A DNA stretch of 64,000 bases from Lobosporangium transversale (Eukaryota), in the NCBI RefSeq assembly GCF_002105155.1, contig NW_019028997.1:62001-126000 (forward strand), in the 5' to 3' direction. The translations under genes and the position numbers were made by a program. The notes beneath the pieces were generated by a model that was not told the DNA's origin, searched no databases, and saw only the letters and a list, made by a program, of their open reading frames with translations. Shown here piece by piece: positions 34,590 to 48,616 of the stretch. The stretch's first letter is position 1. Every line of letters starts with the position of its first letter.

Positions 34590-36796
34590 ATGGGAATCGA
34601 CGCAAACCCGCCTACACCCTTGGTGCAAGTGACCGTTCAGGCAGACTGGACTGACTTGATTGCTGAAGTACTCCGACATAACAGCACAGGAACCTTTTGG
34701 ATCTCTTGTTATAGAAGAGGTTAGATCATGCCTTACAATAACACCATTGAAAAAACGTTGAATCAAGGATGATAATTTTTTTTATTTATTTTGATCCTGC
34801 CATATTCCATAGGATCTCCTTCCATCCATGGATCTGCAAAAGTGTCTGTTGTTGAAGACCACAAAGTGCATTTTACTGGGCATGACGGTATCGAACTTGA
34901 AAGGATTACAAACGTACACAATTCAGATTTTTTGACAGTTGATTTGACAATCCAAAGGATATCGCAAGGTGGCGAACAACTAGTAAATCATCGTAGCTTA
35001 TATTTATGAAAAGAACATCACTGCTATCTCATTTTAGTATTCCTTCAAGGTCAAAATCCCTGAATACGAAAACATAGAGATAGAAGTATATGGGACTGGC
35101 AGAAGAACCAACTTTGCAAAGGTAACTAGTCTGTCTCGCTGTTTTATATTTAATTTCCTTGAATGTATTGTACTCAGAGGTATATTAACTCCTACCAAAC
35201 TCTTGCACAACTCTTTCTGAACGAGAACAGATTTCCTCACTGGATGTGTCGCCAGAAGGAGCATTATTTGTCATTGGAACAGAGGATGGAACTATCAGAA
35301 TCGGAGAATCAGAGACAGGACGTATCACTGTAAGGGTGCTATGGGTGCTATGCATATGAAGAACTGTATTCGCAGACAAAAGTTTTTTTTTTTTTTTTTT
35401 TTTTATTTTATTTTTTATCTTTTTTTATTTTTGTTATTATTTCTCCAACTTACACGCCGTTATACATGACTATCAACTAGCAAGAGCTCAAGGGTCATAT
35501 TCAATACGTCAACACATGTCGATTCTTTCCTTCTGGACAAGGTATGAAGGAAATATATACATTTATATTATAGTTTTCTGGAAAAGCACTGGTCAATGGA
35601 GATGGATACATGCAGCAACAGCAGTGATAAAGCTCTTACAATTTGTTTGTGTCCTTTCATATAATCAATCAACAGTTGTCCTCAGTGGAGGTGGCGATTT
35701 CTTGCTAAAGATTTGGTCCGTATTGGATGGAAGCTGCCCTGTTACTATGAGGGGTCATGTTAAACGTAAGCGAGAGCTGCTGAGATATGAAAGACTGTTG
35801 TTGTTCATGAATATAAAAATGAAAAATACAAAATTGACTCTTGGCTTCTTCGTTTCTCCAAAAATAGCCGTCACGGACACCGCCATTGTCGATAGAGGAC
35901 GCAATATCCTGTGTAAGATAAAGTTTGGAACGTTGACACGTTGTAGTGAATACAAGTGAACAAAAAGCTAAACTTCCCAACGCTCGGTGTATATGCCGAT
36001 CCCCTATAGCATCTTCGAATGATGGAACTGTCAAGCTTTGGGAGGTTGGTAAGTTTGATTCTATAAACAAAGCAATGTTGATTTCAAAATAAGATTAAAC
36101 AAAATGAAATATCGCGAGACCTGACATGAGCTCTTTGGATAGCATCTGGATCAACTATTCGAACGCTTGCACAGCATAAAGAAAAGATTAATGCTATAGC
36201 TGTAGACACTTGGAGAACACCACTGGACTCAAAGTTATTGTTGGGTATGTAAGATTCTATGTTGACCCCTATAAAGCTATTTTGTGCTTGAAATGTTTCT
36301 GTTGTGCTGATAGTATGTTTGAGTTGTTATGATCTAGATCCAAGAGAAGTAGGTACTGAAGGGAAGCTGGTCATTGCGGCTTCGGAGTCTGGATTTTTAT
36401 ATGGTCTTGATGTACGGGCCTCAGAGGAGGTAAGAACATGATCGCGGCCCTGTATCATGGCTTTTTAGCGAAACTTCTTTACTGAGAATTAACACCTATG
36501 CTTTGTAACTTTTATGTTCATACTTGAATAGGCATTTAATCGAAAATCATACAACAAAACACCAGTTCGCGCTTGCGCGTTTTCTGCTCAGCATTCCTTG
36601 ATTGCAACGGGAACATCAGATGGCGTTGTCGAGCTATTTGATATTCGCAAGTCAAAGTAAGTATAGTTTGAATTACGAGTTATTTTTATTTTATTTTATT
36701 TTATTTTATTTTATTTTTCTGTTTCCGTAGTCCAAGAGAGCTTTTTTTTATTTATTGTTATTTTATTATTATTACTACTACTACTGCTACTACTAT

Positions 36797-36863
<67 letters not shown>

Positions 36864-37342
36864 TTTGATAGACTAATTATTTTATGGAAATTATTATTAG
36901 TGAGATGCTGAATAGGTTTCAGCATAGCTCTGCAGGGATCTCAAGCCTCATTTTTGGCCCATCAATTGACTCTTTAGAACATGGCGGTCCACGTTTGATT
37001 GTTGGCTCTGGTATGTTAATTAGAAGTGTAAAGAAGAGGAAGAAGTTTCAGTCATTTTGAATGCTCATTTCTAATATTTATATTTATTAATTTATGCAGC
37101 TTTATTTGTCTAACGAGAGCTAACTAATATATATACATGTAACTTGCAATGTAATAGATGATAGCGCTCTGTATGAGATTCGATCGGTGAGAGAATCAAT
37201 TGTTCAGGTTGAACGGGAATATGTTGGCTATGATCTGGATGGACCAGCTCATGCAAGGCTCGTTGGAGGAGGCCCTGCAGTGATTGCAGTTGCGAAGGAG
37301 GGTGGTCTACTGCGCTTTGGCAGTGGAACACAGCCCATCTAG
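34590..37342 (+). CDS. PAAF1: WD40 protein, proteasomal ATPase-associated factor 1 (PAAF1/Rpn14-like), many short exons
   Basis: N-terminal 'VTVQADW'; spliced 'LKGHIQYVNTCRFFPSGQ|VVLSGGGDFLLKIWSVLDGSCPVTMRGHVK|..VTDTAIVDRGRNIL|..SNDGTVKLWEV' matches the Rpn14/PAAF1 signature; ends at TAG 37342. Confidence 0.85.
36765..36862. repeat. Compound (TAT)/(TAC) microsatellite in a PAAF1 intron
   Basis: Visible trinucleotide runs. Confidence 0.88.
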
Positions 37343-37512
37343 TTTTCTTTTTTCCGCACTGACATGAGGTGCATGCAGAACCACTGTAGTCTTTGTTAAC
37401 CTGCGCGTGAAGAAAGAGGGGGGGTCAAAGAAGGACAAGAAAAAAATAAAAAAATAAATAAAGGGGGAGAAAGAAAGAAGGATCAAAACATGATTCTATC
37501 TCTTTCACTCTC

Positions 37513-37543
<31 letters not shown>

Positions 37544-39957
37544 CGACCGTTGTTGTTGTTGTTGTTGTGGATAACAATTGAAGATGTGCAAACACAGAGT
37601 GACATGTGCTTGACTTGATTAGACCAGGACAAAGAAAAAAGTAGTATGTAGGTACACAAAAGGAAATGAAAGTGAGCAAATCCAACCACGCTTTCGACAA
37701 TGACGACAAGGACCATCAGACTATCAACTGAGCCCTATTTAAAAAAGTAGGACGGAGACGCGTTATATTTTTATACGTTTATTTGTCTGAAAGACGGTGA
37801 TTTGGTTCAACATGTTCCAGAGGATGTCAAGACTAGGGTAGGATGAATGATAGAAGAATGTCAATCCCATTGGTCTATTGGGACAAGTGATTTATTGAGT
37901 GACGATTAGTTCAAGAGTGGACAAATAGCATACACATCTGAAGTAGGACAATTAACCGATCAACTATATTTTCAGTTTAATAATCTTTTTTGTTGCAATC
38001 CTGTCCATTCGATATTAAATATATTTCCGGGTCCATTTTTTTTTGTTTTGTGTGTGTAGATTAAATATGTATTATTGTACATGTCCATGTTATTTTGTGC
38101 AACTGCAAAAAAATTGGGGGAAACAAAAGGGAGTGGAATCACAGGCGTTAGCACACACATGGACATGGTCAGGGCAACCTTGCTCTGCTGACGAAAGATC
38201 CTCCATGCAGTAAGAAAAAAAAAAAAAAAAAAAAAAAAATTTAGCGGAGTGCAAGCACAAACTATTTACATGTACAGTCTGTACATAGACCAATGTGTTG
38301 GCATTGCATGGGCATGCGTGTGAAGACAATAAAAAAGAAGGGAAAAAAAAAAAAAAAGGGCGCAGACTTGATGGACATAATTTTTTTTAACTTTTAACTT
38401 GTAGAATAAAGAATAAGGATGTAGTCATTCATATTTCACATCCATACCCACCCATACCATGTGCCCATGGTAGGTGAACTTTCTTTCTATTTTCTTTTTC
38501 ATTCATCCCTTTCTCATTCCTTACATTCTTATTTTCTCATTCCTCTTCTCATTCTCATTCTTATTCATTCTTCTTCTTCTCTCTCTCATCTTCCCATCAG
38601 CCCTTTTACTGATCTTGCTTGCCTTTTCCTTTTACCTGTTTTCGAGGCTATTTCTACACAGTAGAGAAAGAGAAAGAGAAAAAGAAAGAGAAAGAAAGAA
38701 AGAAAGAAAGAAAAAGAGCCTTTAGAATAAATAGATAAACAACCATAGAACGATAGATAACCTGATCAAAAGCCTTAGGTGAGTTTTTTTTCTTTTCTTT
38801 TCTTTTGCTAAGCTCTGATCATTCTAATGATCATTATCATCAGCAACAAGAACAATTCAAACAGTTTGTTCTACTTCCCCCCCTGAGTTTTGCATTCTCG
38901 ATTCTTCTTTTCAGATCCCCACACACTTTGAAACGTTGAATGACCAAATGAACACACACACAAGAGCTTTTGCTTTTTCTTTCTTTACCACACTCTCTCT
39001 TTCTCTCTTCCGTTTACCCTTACCTTTACCTTTACCTTTGCCTTTGCCTTTACGTTTTATTCATTTCTAAAAATGAAAAATCATCCTCCCAAACGGTGGT
39101 GGTGCATGCATGGTCTGGTCTTGGCTCTTTTTTTTATATATTTATATATGTATCTTTTGTTCGTCCCTTACAATAAAGATTCCACCTGTTTATTGTCTGG
39201 GTACGATCCACCTTGGATGTGATCCTCATTCTCTCCACAGTCTCTGCAAACTATCCATTGTTGTAAATCACTTGATCATTCTGTGTATGGGCCGCTGGGG
39301 CACGGTTCATCTTTTCCTCTTTAGATAACCATTTTGTGTGTGTTACTTTTTGGTTCCAATCCTATTCTTTCTCGTATAAATAAGAATCTCTTTTTTTTTT
39401 TTTTTTTTTTTTTCCCTCTTTCTTTCCCTCTCCGTCTCTTGTTCATTCACATTAAAGACAAATGCCTTTATCCCTTACTTTTGTCTAGGTTTGTATCTCT
39501 CTTTGTTTATTTTATATTTTATATTCCAAATATAACCCTTTTTTTTTCTCCTCCATACTCCTGACCCTCGCTTTTGTACGGCTCTGCTTTGTTTCCATTT
39601 TGTTCATACAACTTTTCATTCAATATATATTTTTATTACTTTTATCCGTATAATTTATCTGCTCTTTTTTTTTTTTTTTTTTTTTTTCTTCTTTCTTTCT
39701 TACAGCCTAACAGTAATGGATCCTAGTCTAACAAGCTGAAGCTCTTTTTTTTTTTTATCTCTAAATGTACAATTGAATTCTCTGAATGCAGGTCCCTATC
39801 TACAAATACGCGTCAGGACAATTTACAGACTTCCTCCACAAGCAGCACACCAATAATTGTTGTATCCTTTGCAATAATAAGAATAATAATGCTTCGGATT
39901 TCCCCAATACTTTAATAGCCATTAACAACAACAACAACAACAAAAAAAAAAAGCACA

Positions 39958-42900
39958 ATGAGCACTCTGAGCACTCCTCGCCTCGACCACAACAGTACAA
40001 TTAACGAGAACAAGAACATTAACAATAGCAGAGACAATAGAATCCTGAACGACCCTGGTATTCAGTCCCTCCACAGCCTACCTCGTACCAACACAACATT
40101 TAAAAACCTCATCATCCCTGAGCATTCCTCGCTACCCTCTCCTCTCTCTCCTCCACTCTCAGTCTCGCCCTCATCCTCTGGGTCATCCATGGCAGACTTT
40201 ATAGCCACTCAGGCCCAACATGGGTTCCCTTCCTTTTCTTCTTCTTCCTCTTCTTCTCTTCCTCCATTCCATCCTTCCTCCAACAACTCCTCTCACTCCA
40301 TTAACGATATCAGCCATCCACATTTGAACAGCGTTTCAGCTTCGCCTTCTCCTCTGGCTACTATTCAGACCTCTCCCGAGGCTTGGTTAGCCCACGCTGC
40401 TGAGCAACGCCGTCATCTCTCTTCAGCCTCATTCTCCTCCACCACCTCCTCGTCCATGTCTCATTTAGTCTCACCACAATCAAAGTCACAGTCACCTGTT
40501 CCACTTGAATTTGGGGAAAGTGAACAGATCCAGGACGGGATACAGAATGTGAAGGATCCCTATCATCAGAGCACTATCATCCCTTTAGACCATGATCATG
40601 ACCATGATCATGAAGAAGATGAGCAGGAGCCAGAGCTGAACATGAACCTTCGACCATCCGAGTTACGGGCATCGTTGATGGCCAGAGCAAAACGCAGCTC
40701 TGCGAGATTGCAGAAGAAGCGGTCAGAATCCATGCCAATAGACATGCTAGACTTGCGACTGTCAATGCAATCGAATCAAAGGCATGTTGCTTTAATGTTT
40801 TTATAATCCTTTTGTTAAAATCATTTTACGGTTGGGAGCCTTGATTCATTGGATTGGGCAAAATGTTGCTTTTGCTTAATGACAACACAACACTATATGG
40901 TCCTTAGATTTGTGTTTTCATATGCATGTGCATATGCTGCATTTGTGACGATAAACACATGATGCATTAATGCCTCTTTGTTTCCCCCCTCTACAAAAAT
41001 ACAAAAGCCAAAGGTCCTTAAAGGAAAAGAGGGGGGAGTCATCAAAAAAAAAAAAAAAAAAAAAAAAAGCATAATGTGGTTGTTCTAGTATTGATGTTGA
41101 ACAACGTGTTGGATCAATCACCCTCCCCCTTTTTACCACCCTTCTTTTCTTTGGCAAAGCAATTTTACATATCAGTAAAGGAAGAAAAGGAAGCGTTGCA
41201 CTCCATATTAAAAAGACACTAAAATCACTAACTAACCTTTTCTTTCTTTTTTTTGCTTCGCTTTTGAATGCTCTATACATACCCCTGCGGATCTATCAAT
41301 GGACTTGACGACTACAACCATTCACACCTACGATTACAACTACAACGATAACGACAATCATCAACACAATGATTTCAATTACACTTTTAACGTTGTGGAA
41401 CCATATTCATCTCACAGCTATAACAGTGTTAGCACCACCACCTTCGATTCTCGTCTGTCTACACAATCCTCATCTTCTTCTATCAGTGCCTGGGCACCTC
41501 GTGAACGCTCTTCCTCCGTTAGCTCTCATACTAGTAATGATTCCGTCAACCTTGATGCCCTTATTGCAGAGGGATCTGACATCAATGAAGAATGCCCACT
41601 CGAGTTGGAGGAGGGCGATGAAGTCGAATGGTCCAGGGAGCAGCGAGCCACACGAAATGTAAGAGGTTTTTTTATTTTTCATTTTTTATTTTTTAAAATG
41701 AAAAAAAAAAAAAAAAAAAAAAAAAAAGCACTTTACTCACCTGGAGACATTTTGGTAATATAAACATATCACAACAATAGCAATATGGATTAAGCGAAAG
41801 CTCTGGTGGAAGCATGCAGATGACCACAGAATCTGAGCTGGACATGAATCATTATGGTGATCAAAACGTTGAGGAGTTCTGGGAGGATCCAGAGGTAATT
41901 TTAACTCGCGCAAAGTCAAAGCAAAAGCCAAAATTGGCTGCATGGAGCGAAAAATCATTCAATCATTGCTGATCCTCTTTTTTTTTTTTTTTTTTTTTTT
42001 TTCTCTCTCTCTTTATCATTTTTGATCATAGGCTTCTTCAATAGAGGACGAGGAACATGATGAGACACTTAAAGATTTCTCCCGCCTTGCTGTCGAAACA
42101 TCCATTCAGCAGATCTCTGGTCTTTCATTGAGCGGCGACATGAGATCGCGAAATGGAAGTATATCTTCCAAGTTCCCAGATGGCAGGAACCCATTCGATC
42201 TAGAGGTTGATTTCATGGATTCGCCCTCTGGCCTTCGGTCGCCGGACCGCAGCAGCAATGCCAGTAACTACAGCAACTCCAGCAGCCATAGAGGTGGTTC
42301 TAGTAGGCTGCCCTCCCCTGGCGCCTCTCGTCTCCCAGGAGCGCCAGGCACATCAGGACTCAAGGCGCCTTCTACCAGACTCGCTCAACCTGCAACGCGA
42401 TCCATGCTTGCTCAACCAAAGACAGGACCATCATCAGGCGCTGCTGCTCCTAGAACTGGAATTGTCCGTCCTGGTGGCGGATTGCCGGCTCCCAGAGCTG
42501 GATCACAGGTGCCCAAGAGTGGCCTTCAGACACCCAAAACTGGACTGCAAGCGCCCAGAGCTGGATCATCCTCTGCCCTGACTGCCAGAGCCTCGATTCC
42601 CAAGCCAGGAACCAGCGGAATAACGCCACCCGGTCGTACAACCGCGAACGCCAAGACTACGACAAAGGTGGCTGTATCAACCTCTCGTCCTCCATCTTCC
42701 GCCTCTGGTATTGTCAAGACCGGAACAGCAACCGCAAAGAGCCAGATTACGTCGCCCAGTGGTCTCAAAAAACCCACTACCACTGCTAATCGCCAATCAC
42801 TTCTTCCAGCTCCATCATCGATTCCAAAGAGCGGATCCGTAGGCACAGGACGCGCAAGCTCCTCCACGAGTCCCAAGCGTGTGCTCACTTCGCCCAATCA

Positions 42901-43381
42901 TCTTACTAGTCCGACTCGCGCACCTTCTGATCGTAGCTCTAGCTCTTCTTACTTGATCTCACCCACCACACCTGCTAGCCGGCGACTTTCCAGTGCTGCT
43001 GGAACCAGCCATTTGGCCCGTCCAAGGTCAGCGACACTAGGTGGAAGGACTTTGTCTATGCATGGGTCGAACGGTCTTCAACATCACGAGGAATATGAGA
43101 CCAATTATTCAACTTTGACTCCTCCTCAGTCACCATCCTCGGCCAAAGCCGGAACAAAGACCGGAATCCCTCGCTCGGGTATTGCAGCACCATCACGGTT
43201 GGTAGCCCCTTCGGTTTCAACTGTAAAGACAGCAGGACGCATGTCTCCTTCGCCCCTGAGTGCTGGCTCCAATTATAGTGGTAGCCAAATTTCAATCTAT
43301 TCTCGTCCTCATACCCCAACATCCTCTTTGCCAACTAGGATTCCAAGCGGTCTTGTTAGTCCTCGAGCTGGGCGACACTAA
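39958..43381 (+). CDS. Large disordered Ser/Pro/Arg-rich protein with multiple SxIP-like motifs; 3 coding exons
   Basis: Exons 39958-40781, 41418-41658 and 42032-43381 join in frame (first intron GC-AG). Probable 5'-UTR intron ~38779-39705. Motifs SRLP x2, ASIP, SSIP, TGIP, SSLP, TRIP. Confidence 0.75.
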
Positions 43382-43390
43382 AAAGAATAA

Positions 43391-43424
<34 letters not shown>

Positions 43425-43789
43425 TCTTTTTTTTTTTTTTTGTGCCGCAATCAAACGATTTGCGAAAAAGTTTGTATTTTTATCTCTGTAGTATCTCTTT
43501 TATCCTATTTTCCTTTCTCTCAACCCAAAGTATACCAACTTGTACCATTGCATTTGCTTTTTTTTTCTTCATTCTTTGTTTTCTTTGGTGCACAAACATA
43601 AACATAAGCACAATCATTTATCACAAAAAAAAAAAAAAAAAAAAAAAGTTTAGCGATAGTAACCTCAAATGACTATCTATTAAAGAAGAAGAAAAAAAAG
43701 TAGTAATGCTACCCCAGCTTTTGTAAATCAGTGTCATTATTAGTTTGTAAGATTTATAAACTCAAATATATATACAAAATGAGCTCTGA

Positions 43790-44257
43790 CTACATAAACA
43801 TCCCATCCTTTGCGATAGCTTCCACGATCCGGACTTTTAAGTTCTTGAAGCAAGCATACATTCGACGCTGGAGAGGTCGTGCATGCCAACCCGGTAGATC
43901 GCCACCAGAGATTGGACCAACAGAGCTGGCTCCCGACTGCTGCTCTTGCTGTTCTTCTCCCGTAACATACTCCATCGATGTTGATGCAATATGGAAAGAT
44001 GTAGGATCGAACGTCTCAATCACAAATTCACGACACAAAGGGTCGGGAAATGGCCCAGGGCTATTATTGCCTTTGAATCTGAATGCTTTAAAGACACAAT
44101 CACGCTCTGATCCATCTTCAACCACTGTCTCATTTCCTTCTAATAGTCGCTCAACTAAGCTGTGTTGTCTTGGGAACTAAATCGGTAATAGATAATAATA
44201 ATAAAAAACACACGTTTAATCAAATTGAACTTTTAGCAGCAAATATTTCTTTTTGAT

Positions 44258-44295
<38 letters not shown>

Positions 44296-44779
44296 AGCTA
44301 GTTCTTCTTACCTTCCTCACCATAGCAAGGTACTGGCCAATAACCAATTCCACTTCTTTAAATTTGGCAAGGATTGGTTTGAGATCAAGGTCTTTGTCCG
44401 ATGATTTGAGGCTGCACCAATCGAGATCAGTCAGTTCCTGCGCCAATTCTTGGATCACATTTGCAACTTTGGGGCTGACACTTGATGCTGGGTGTGAAAC
44501 AAGAGTATCATAGGCGATCAAAAAAATTGTCGGAAGAAGCCTAGGATAACAGATTCAAAAAAAAAAAAAAAAAAAAGTTGGTAAATTGGTCAGTTACTAT
44601 ATCCATTAAAAGAGAGAGCAAGCAATACATCTGACTGGTGACTTACTGGGAAAAGATCTCAGTACCAGAGAGTGAGCTCAAGTACGACAATGCATTTTCT
44701 GCTTCTTGGCGATGATCGAATAAAGGCTTCTGTTTGCTTGCAGGGATAGGTTCCGATTTCTGGAGAATTTTCACATCAA

Positions 44780-44834
<55 letters not shown>

Positions 44835-45327
44835 AGTTAAAAGCGTGTTGCATAAGATCATATTTTCAAATAAAAAAAAAAAAAAAAAAAAAAGATCATT
44901 GTTAGTAAACGAACCTTCCAAAACTCTTGCCAAATGTTATCAGAATCCGCCATACGGGCACTCATTTGTCGTTTTCCTTCGTTCCAGTCTTTGGGTGAAT
45001 GCCACCGTATGAAATCTCCTAGCACACATCCAGGATTTGCTGCTTTAAATGCACTCATATCTATTTTAACATTTGATTTGATTTTTTTTTTTTTTTTTTT
45101 TTTTTCAAGATGCATGGTCAATTTTGTGCGTCCAACATACTTTTTTTATAATCAACATGGATAAACTGTAGCTTCGTTTTACCAGAGATGAGTTGGGCAG
45201 ACTGCATCTGGGCTCGTATCTTTGCTGCATCAGATGAAGATCCAAGACCTTCAAAGATGTCTTCTTGCTGCTTGATCATGTCTTCTGTCATATAACCAGG
45301 TTCCTGTTAAAAGCAACGAATGGCACG

Positions 45328-45362
<35 letters not shown>

Positions 45363-48188
45363 AGTCAGTCAAAGAACACAAAAATAAGGAATTGCATTGG
45401 CAATGGAAATAGTAAGTTTACCTGAAGTTTTGGAACAAAGAGCTGTGCCCCCGTTTCTAAAAGAGTCAGGTCATTGAATGCGCTCATGACACCTTCTCTC
45501 TTAACTTCATTCTCATATAGTTGTGAAGCAGTTAAAGAACCTGTCGGCGCTATTGCTGCTGGTACATCCACCGTGCTTCTAGTCGGTTCTGATGTCAGTG
45601 CATCCGGGCCCTCAATCAATGGATCTTCCGCCTTACTTATATCACTCGTATCATTGTCTTCTTCTGGCGACGTTTGCCTGTCTAAAACAGACTGATCGTT
45701 ATCCTTGATCTCCTCAACGTTAGTCCTTGACTCTTGATCTTCTGGGGATGCTTCATTTGTAGTATCCAAAAGTTCAAAAACAACTGGATCTGGTGTGGAC
45801 TTTGCTGATACCGGTGTCGAAGAGGCTTTCGAGAACAACGAAGACATATCATCTACGAGAATATTAGTGTCGATTTCCGTCGTGGACTCTTGCTGACGCT
45901 CTGCATTTTCACGAGCGATACAGCAATTGATCATTGACAATTTTTGATGTATCAGGTTAAATCGTAAATCTATTGTAGGTGTTCTGTTGTTGGCTGCATT
46001 ATCATCATTATCACCATTGTACTCAAGGGGTTTGTCATCGATTGCTGTCTCGCCTTCGTTGTTGGGTTTATAATCGGATCTACTTGAGGTATATGTATTC
46101 TCGCCATAAACCTGGACCAATGGTATCATCTCTCGAGCCTCCCAATGGTTTGTGAATTCAACCAAAAGCTCTGTCCAAACAGCCTTCAAAAAACCCATGA
46201 AAGAAGTTGGATAAGTTATCTCTGAATTGGGTGAAATCACGTCTAGAAGATACAGCAACATTTTCCATAGAAGCGATCCAAATGGTACTGTAGTAGCGTG
46301 TCGAAAATGGAGCCCCAACTCTGCTGCAGAAACCATTCGTACCGTCTGTCCTTCTATAACGTCTCTATATTTCCGCCTTTGGTGTTTTGGGTTCTTAATT
46401 GAAGGCCGATTTACCATTGATGATGATGCTGACGTCTTTGAGCAAAGTGTCTGGACTATTGTCTCAACATCCGTAACGTCTACCATTGCGATGTTTCCTT
46501 GAATAAACTGTGCACCCTTCCTTAATAAAGAAGTATAAGAGTGTCTTTCCTTTTCCGACTCTTGCTCTTTTCTTTCCGAAGAGCCCGTACCACTATTAGA
46601 GACATCTCTCTGCCACGATGATATTGCTTCCTCAAGGACTCCACTCAGCAGCCCATAGTCTTCACGTTTGAGCTGTACTCTCAGAGTCCAGATATTGGCC
46701 TGACTTGCTTCCATGTCTGTAAAGTTTTTACTGTCCAAATAGACTGTACTAGGTGCTGATGCTGTTAAAGAAGTACAACAAATAAAAAAATAAAAATAAA
46801 AATAAAAAAAATTAGTCAAATTGTGGTATAGTTGGAACTTGCGATGTACACCAATTGAGAGCCCAAGGATTGAATAACTCACCAAACCTTGCCACTAGAT
46901 GGAATGTCTTGAGAGGATCATGAATAGGTCCAAGCGGGAGAACTGGGACCTTTGATATTGGCGATACTGCTACTGTTGATAATGGTGAGCGCTTCATGTC
47001 TTTACTCAATTGCTTCAGTTCGTCGTTTTCGTTATCATCATCATCATCGCCATCGCCATCGCCATCGTCATCATCACCGTCACCGTCACCACTAGCATTG
47101 TCACTGTCTTCATCGTTCTTAATACTTGCATCGGTCCATTGCCGCCAGTCATCATCATACCAATTCTCGAGTTGATAGCTGAACAATCCAGACACATAAA
47201 TCTGTTCTTTGACTTCCCGACTGTAGCCATTATTGGAATCATCATTTGTTCCGTCTCTCCCTGCGTTAAAACTGTCATGGGATGCATACTCATCCTCAAT
47301 ACCCATGCGCTCAATAAAAAGATCCAGAATGCCTGACAGGTTGGTGTACTGTGCTGGGGGGTATGATACCACCACGGTGTTGAACCTGACTTCAATCGCC
47401 TGATCTTCTGGAGTATCTTCTAATCCAAGCTCGATAGCATTGCCAAAAGTATGTTGTTGCTGTGTACTCAATTGCAGCGGCTGAATGGACAGGCCTGTGT
47501 AGGTCTTGTTTTTCGGGTGGCCAGTCGGTACAAAGACAGGGATGTTGCAACCCGTATTTTGAAATGCGATCGCAAATGATGATAGAAGAAGTTTGGCACT
47601 TCCCAAATCAACAATAACTGATGAGCTCGAGTCTCCGTCCGCAGTATCGGTAGGTGCAGGCGCAAGAATAAGAATATGGGTCAAGGCTGTCCATCGATGC
47701 AATATATGGTGTTCATGGCCTTCCAATTTGGTTGGTAGGAAATCGAGATCGATCTGTTCTACACCAACAGCCATTCTAGCTTTAGCAGGGTGATAGCTGT
47801 ACGACAACACGTAAGAGTCCCTATCCAATGTCACGATGGCGTTGTGCTGGTATACACTATTACCACTAGTACCGCTGCTACCGTTATTACTACTAATATC
47901 GGGATTAAGGATTGTGGCAGTAAGAGGAGTAGTAGTCGTATTGAGATTGGGATTGTGCTGTAGTATATCCTTTTGATCCCCATCAATGGCCAGCGCGAGT
48001 TCTTTGTTTAGGTTAAGAACATCGTTTGTAGGTGTGGTTGGCATGAGAGTGGGGTTGAAAACACCATAACTATTGTGGATTAGACCCCATTGCTTTAGGC
48101 AGTCCTCAATTTGGACGATAAATCTTTCCCATGGGCCAGAGGTTGTATAGTCGATGAATTCAAAATTGTCAAAGTCATCCTGGTCCAT
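43790..48188 (-). CDS. RAB3GAP1: Rab3 GTPase-activating protein catalytic subunit, multi-exon
   Basis: 'EFIDYTTSGPWERFIVQIEDCLKQWG', 'IDLRFNLIHQKLSMINCCI', 'EPGYMTEDMI' and 'DMSAFKAANPGCVLGDFIRWHSPKDW...MSARM...NIWQEFW'. Confidence 0.93.
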
Positions 48189-48616
48189 AGAAGCAATTTA
48201 GTATGGGGTTGAAGTTTGTACTGCGTATGACAGGTGAGTCAATTAATACTAAGCTGCGGAATGCGTTGAAGAGGAAATAATGAGCTAATGGAGAGAGAGA
48301 GAGTTGAAAGAGGAGAAAGAGGGAGAAAGAGGGAGAAAGAGGGAGAAAGAGAGAGGGAGAGAAAGCGAGAGAATGAGAAAATAGAAAGAGAGAATGAGAA
48401 TTGAGAATGAGGAAGAATTGAGGCGAAGGCAAGAGCGTAATAAGCCCTGGAGAAACACGCATCAATTGTTGGAGAGAGGAGGTTGTACAGATCTATTTAT
48501 TGATCGAGCCTCATGCCCTCGTGATATGATTTGATATGGTGGCAACAGTGTTACATTGGATGGTTCACGTTTTATTCCTTCTTTTCAGATAATGAGATAA
48601 TGAGCAATCCCTTACT

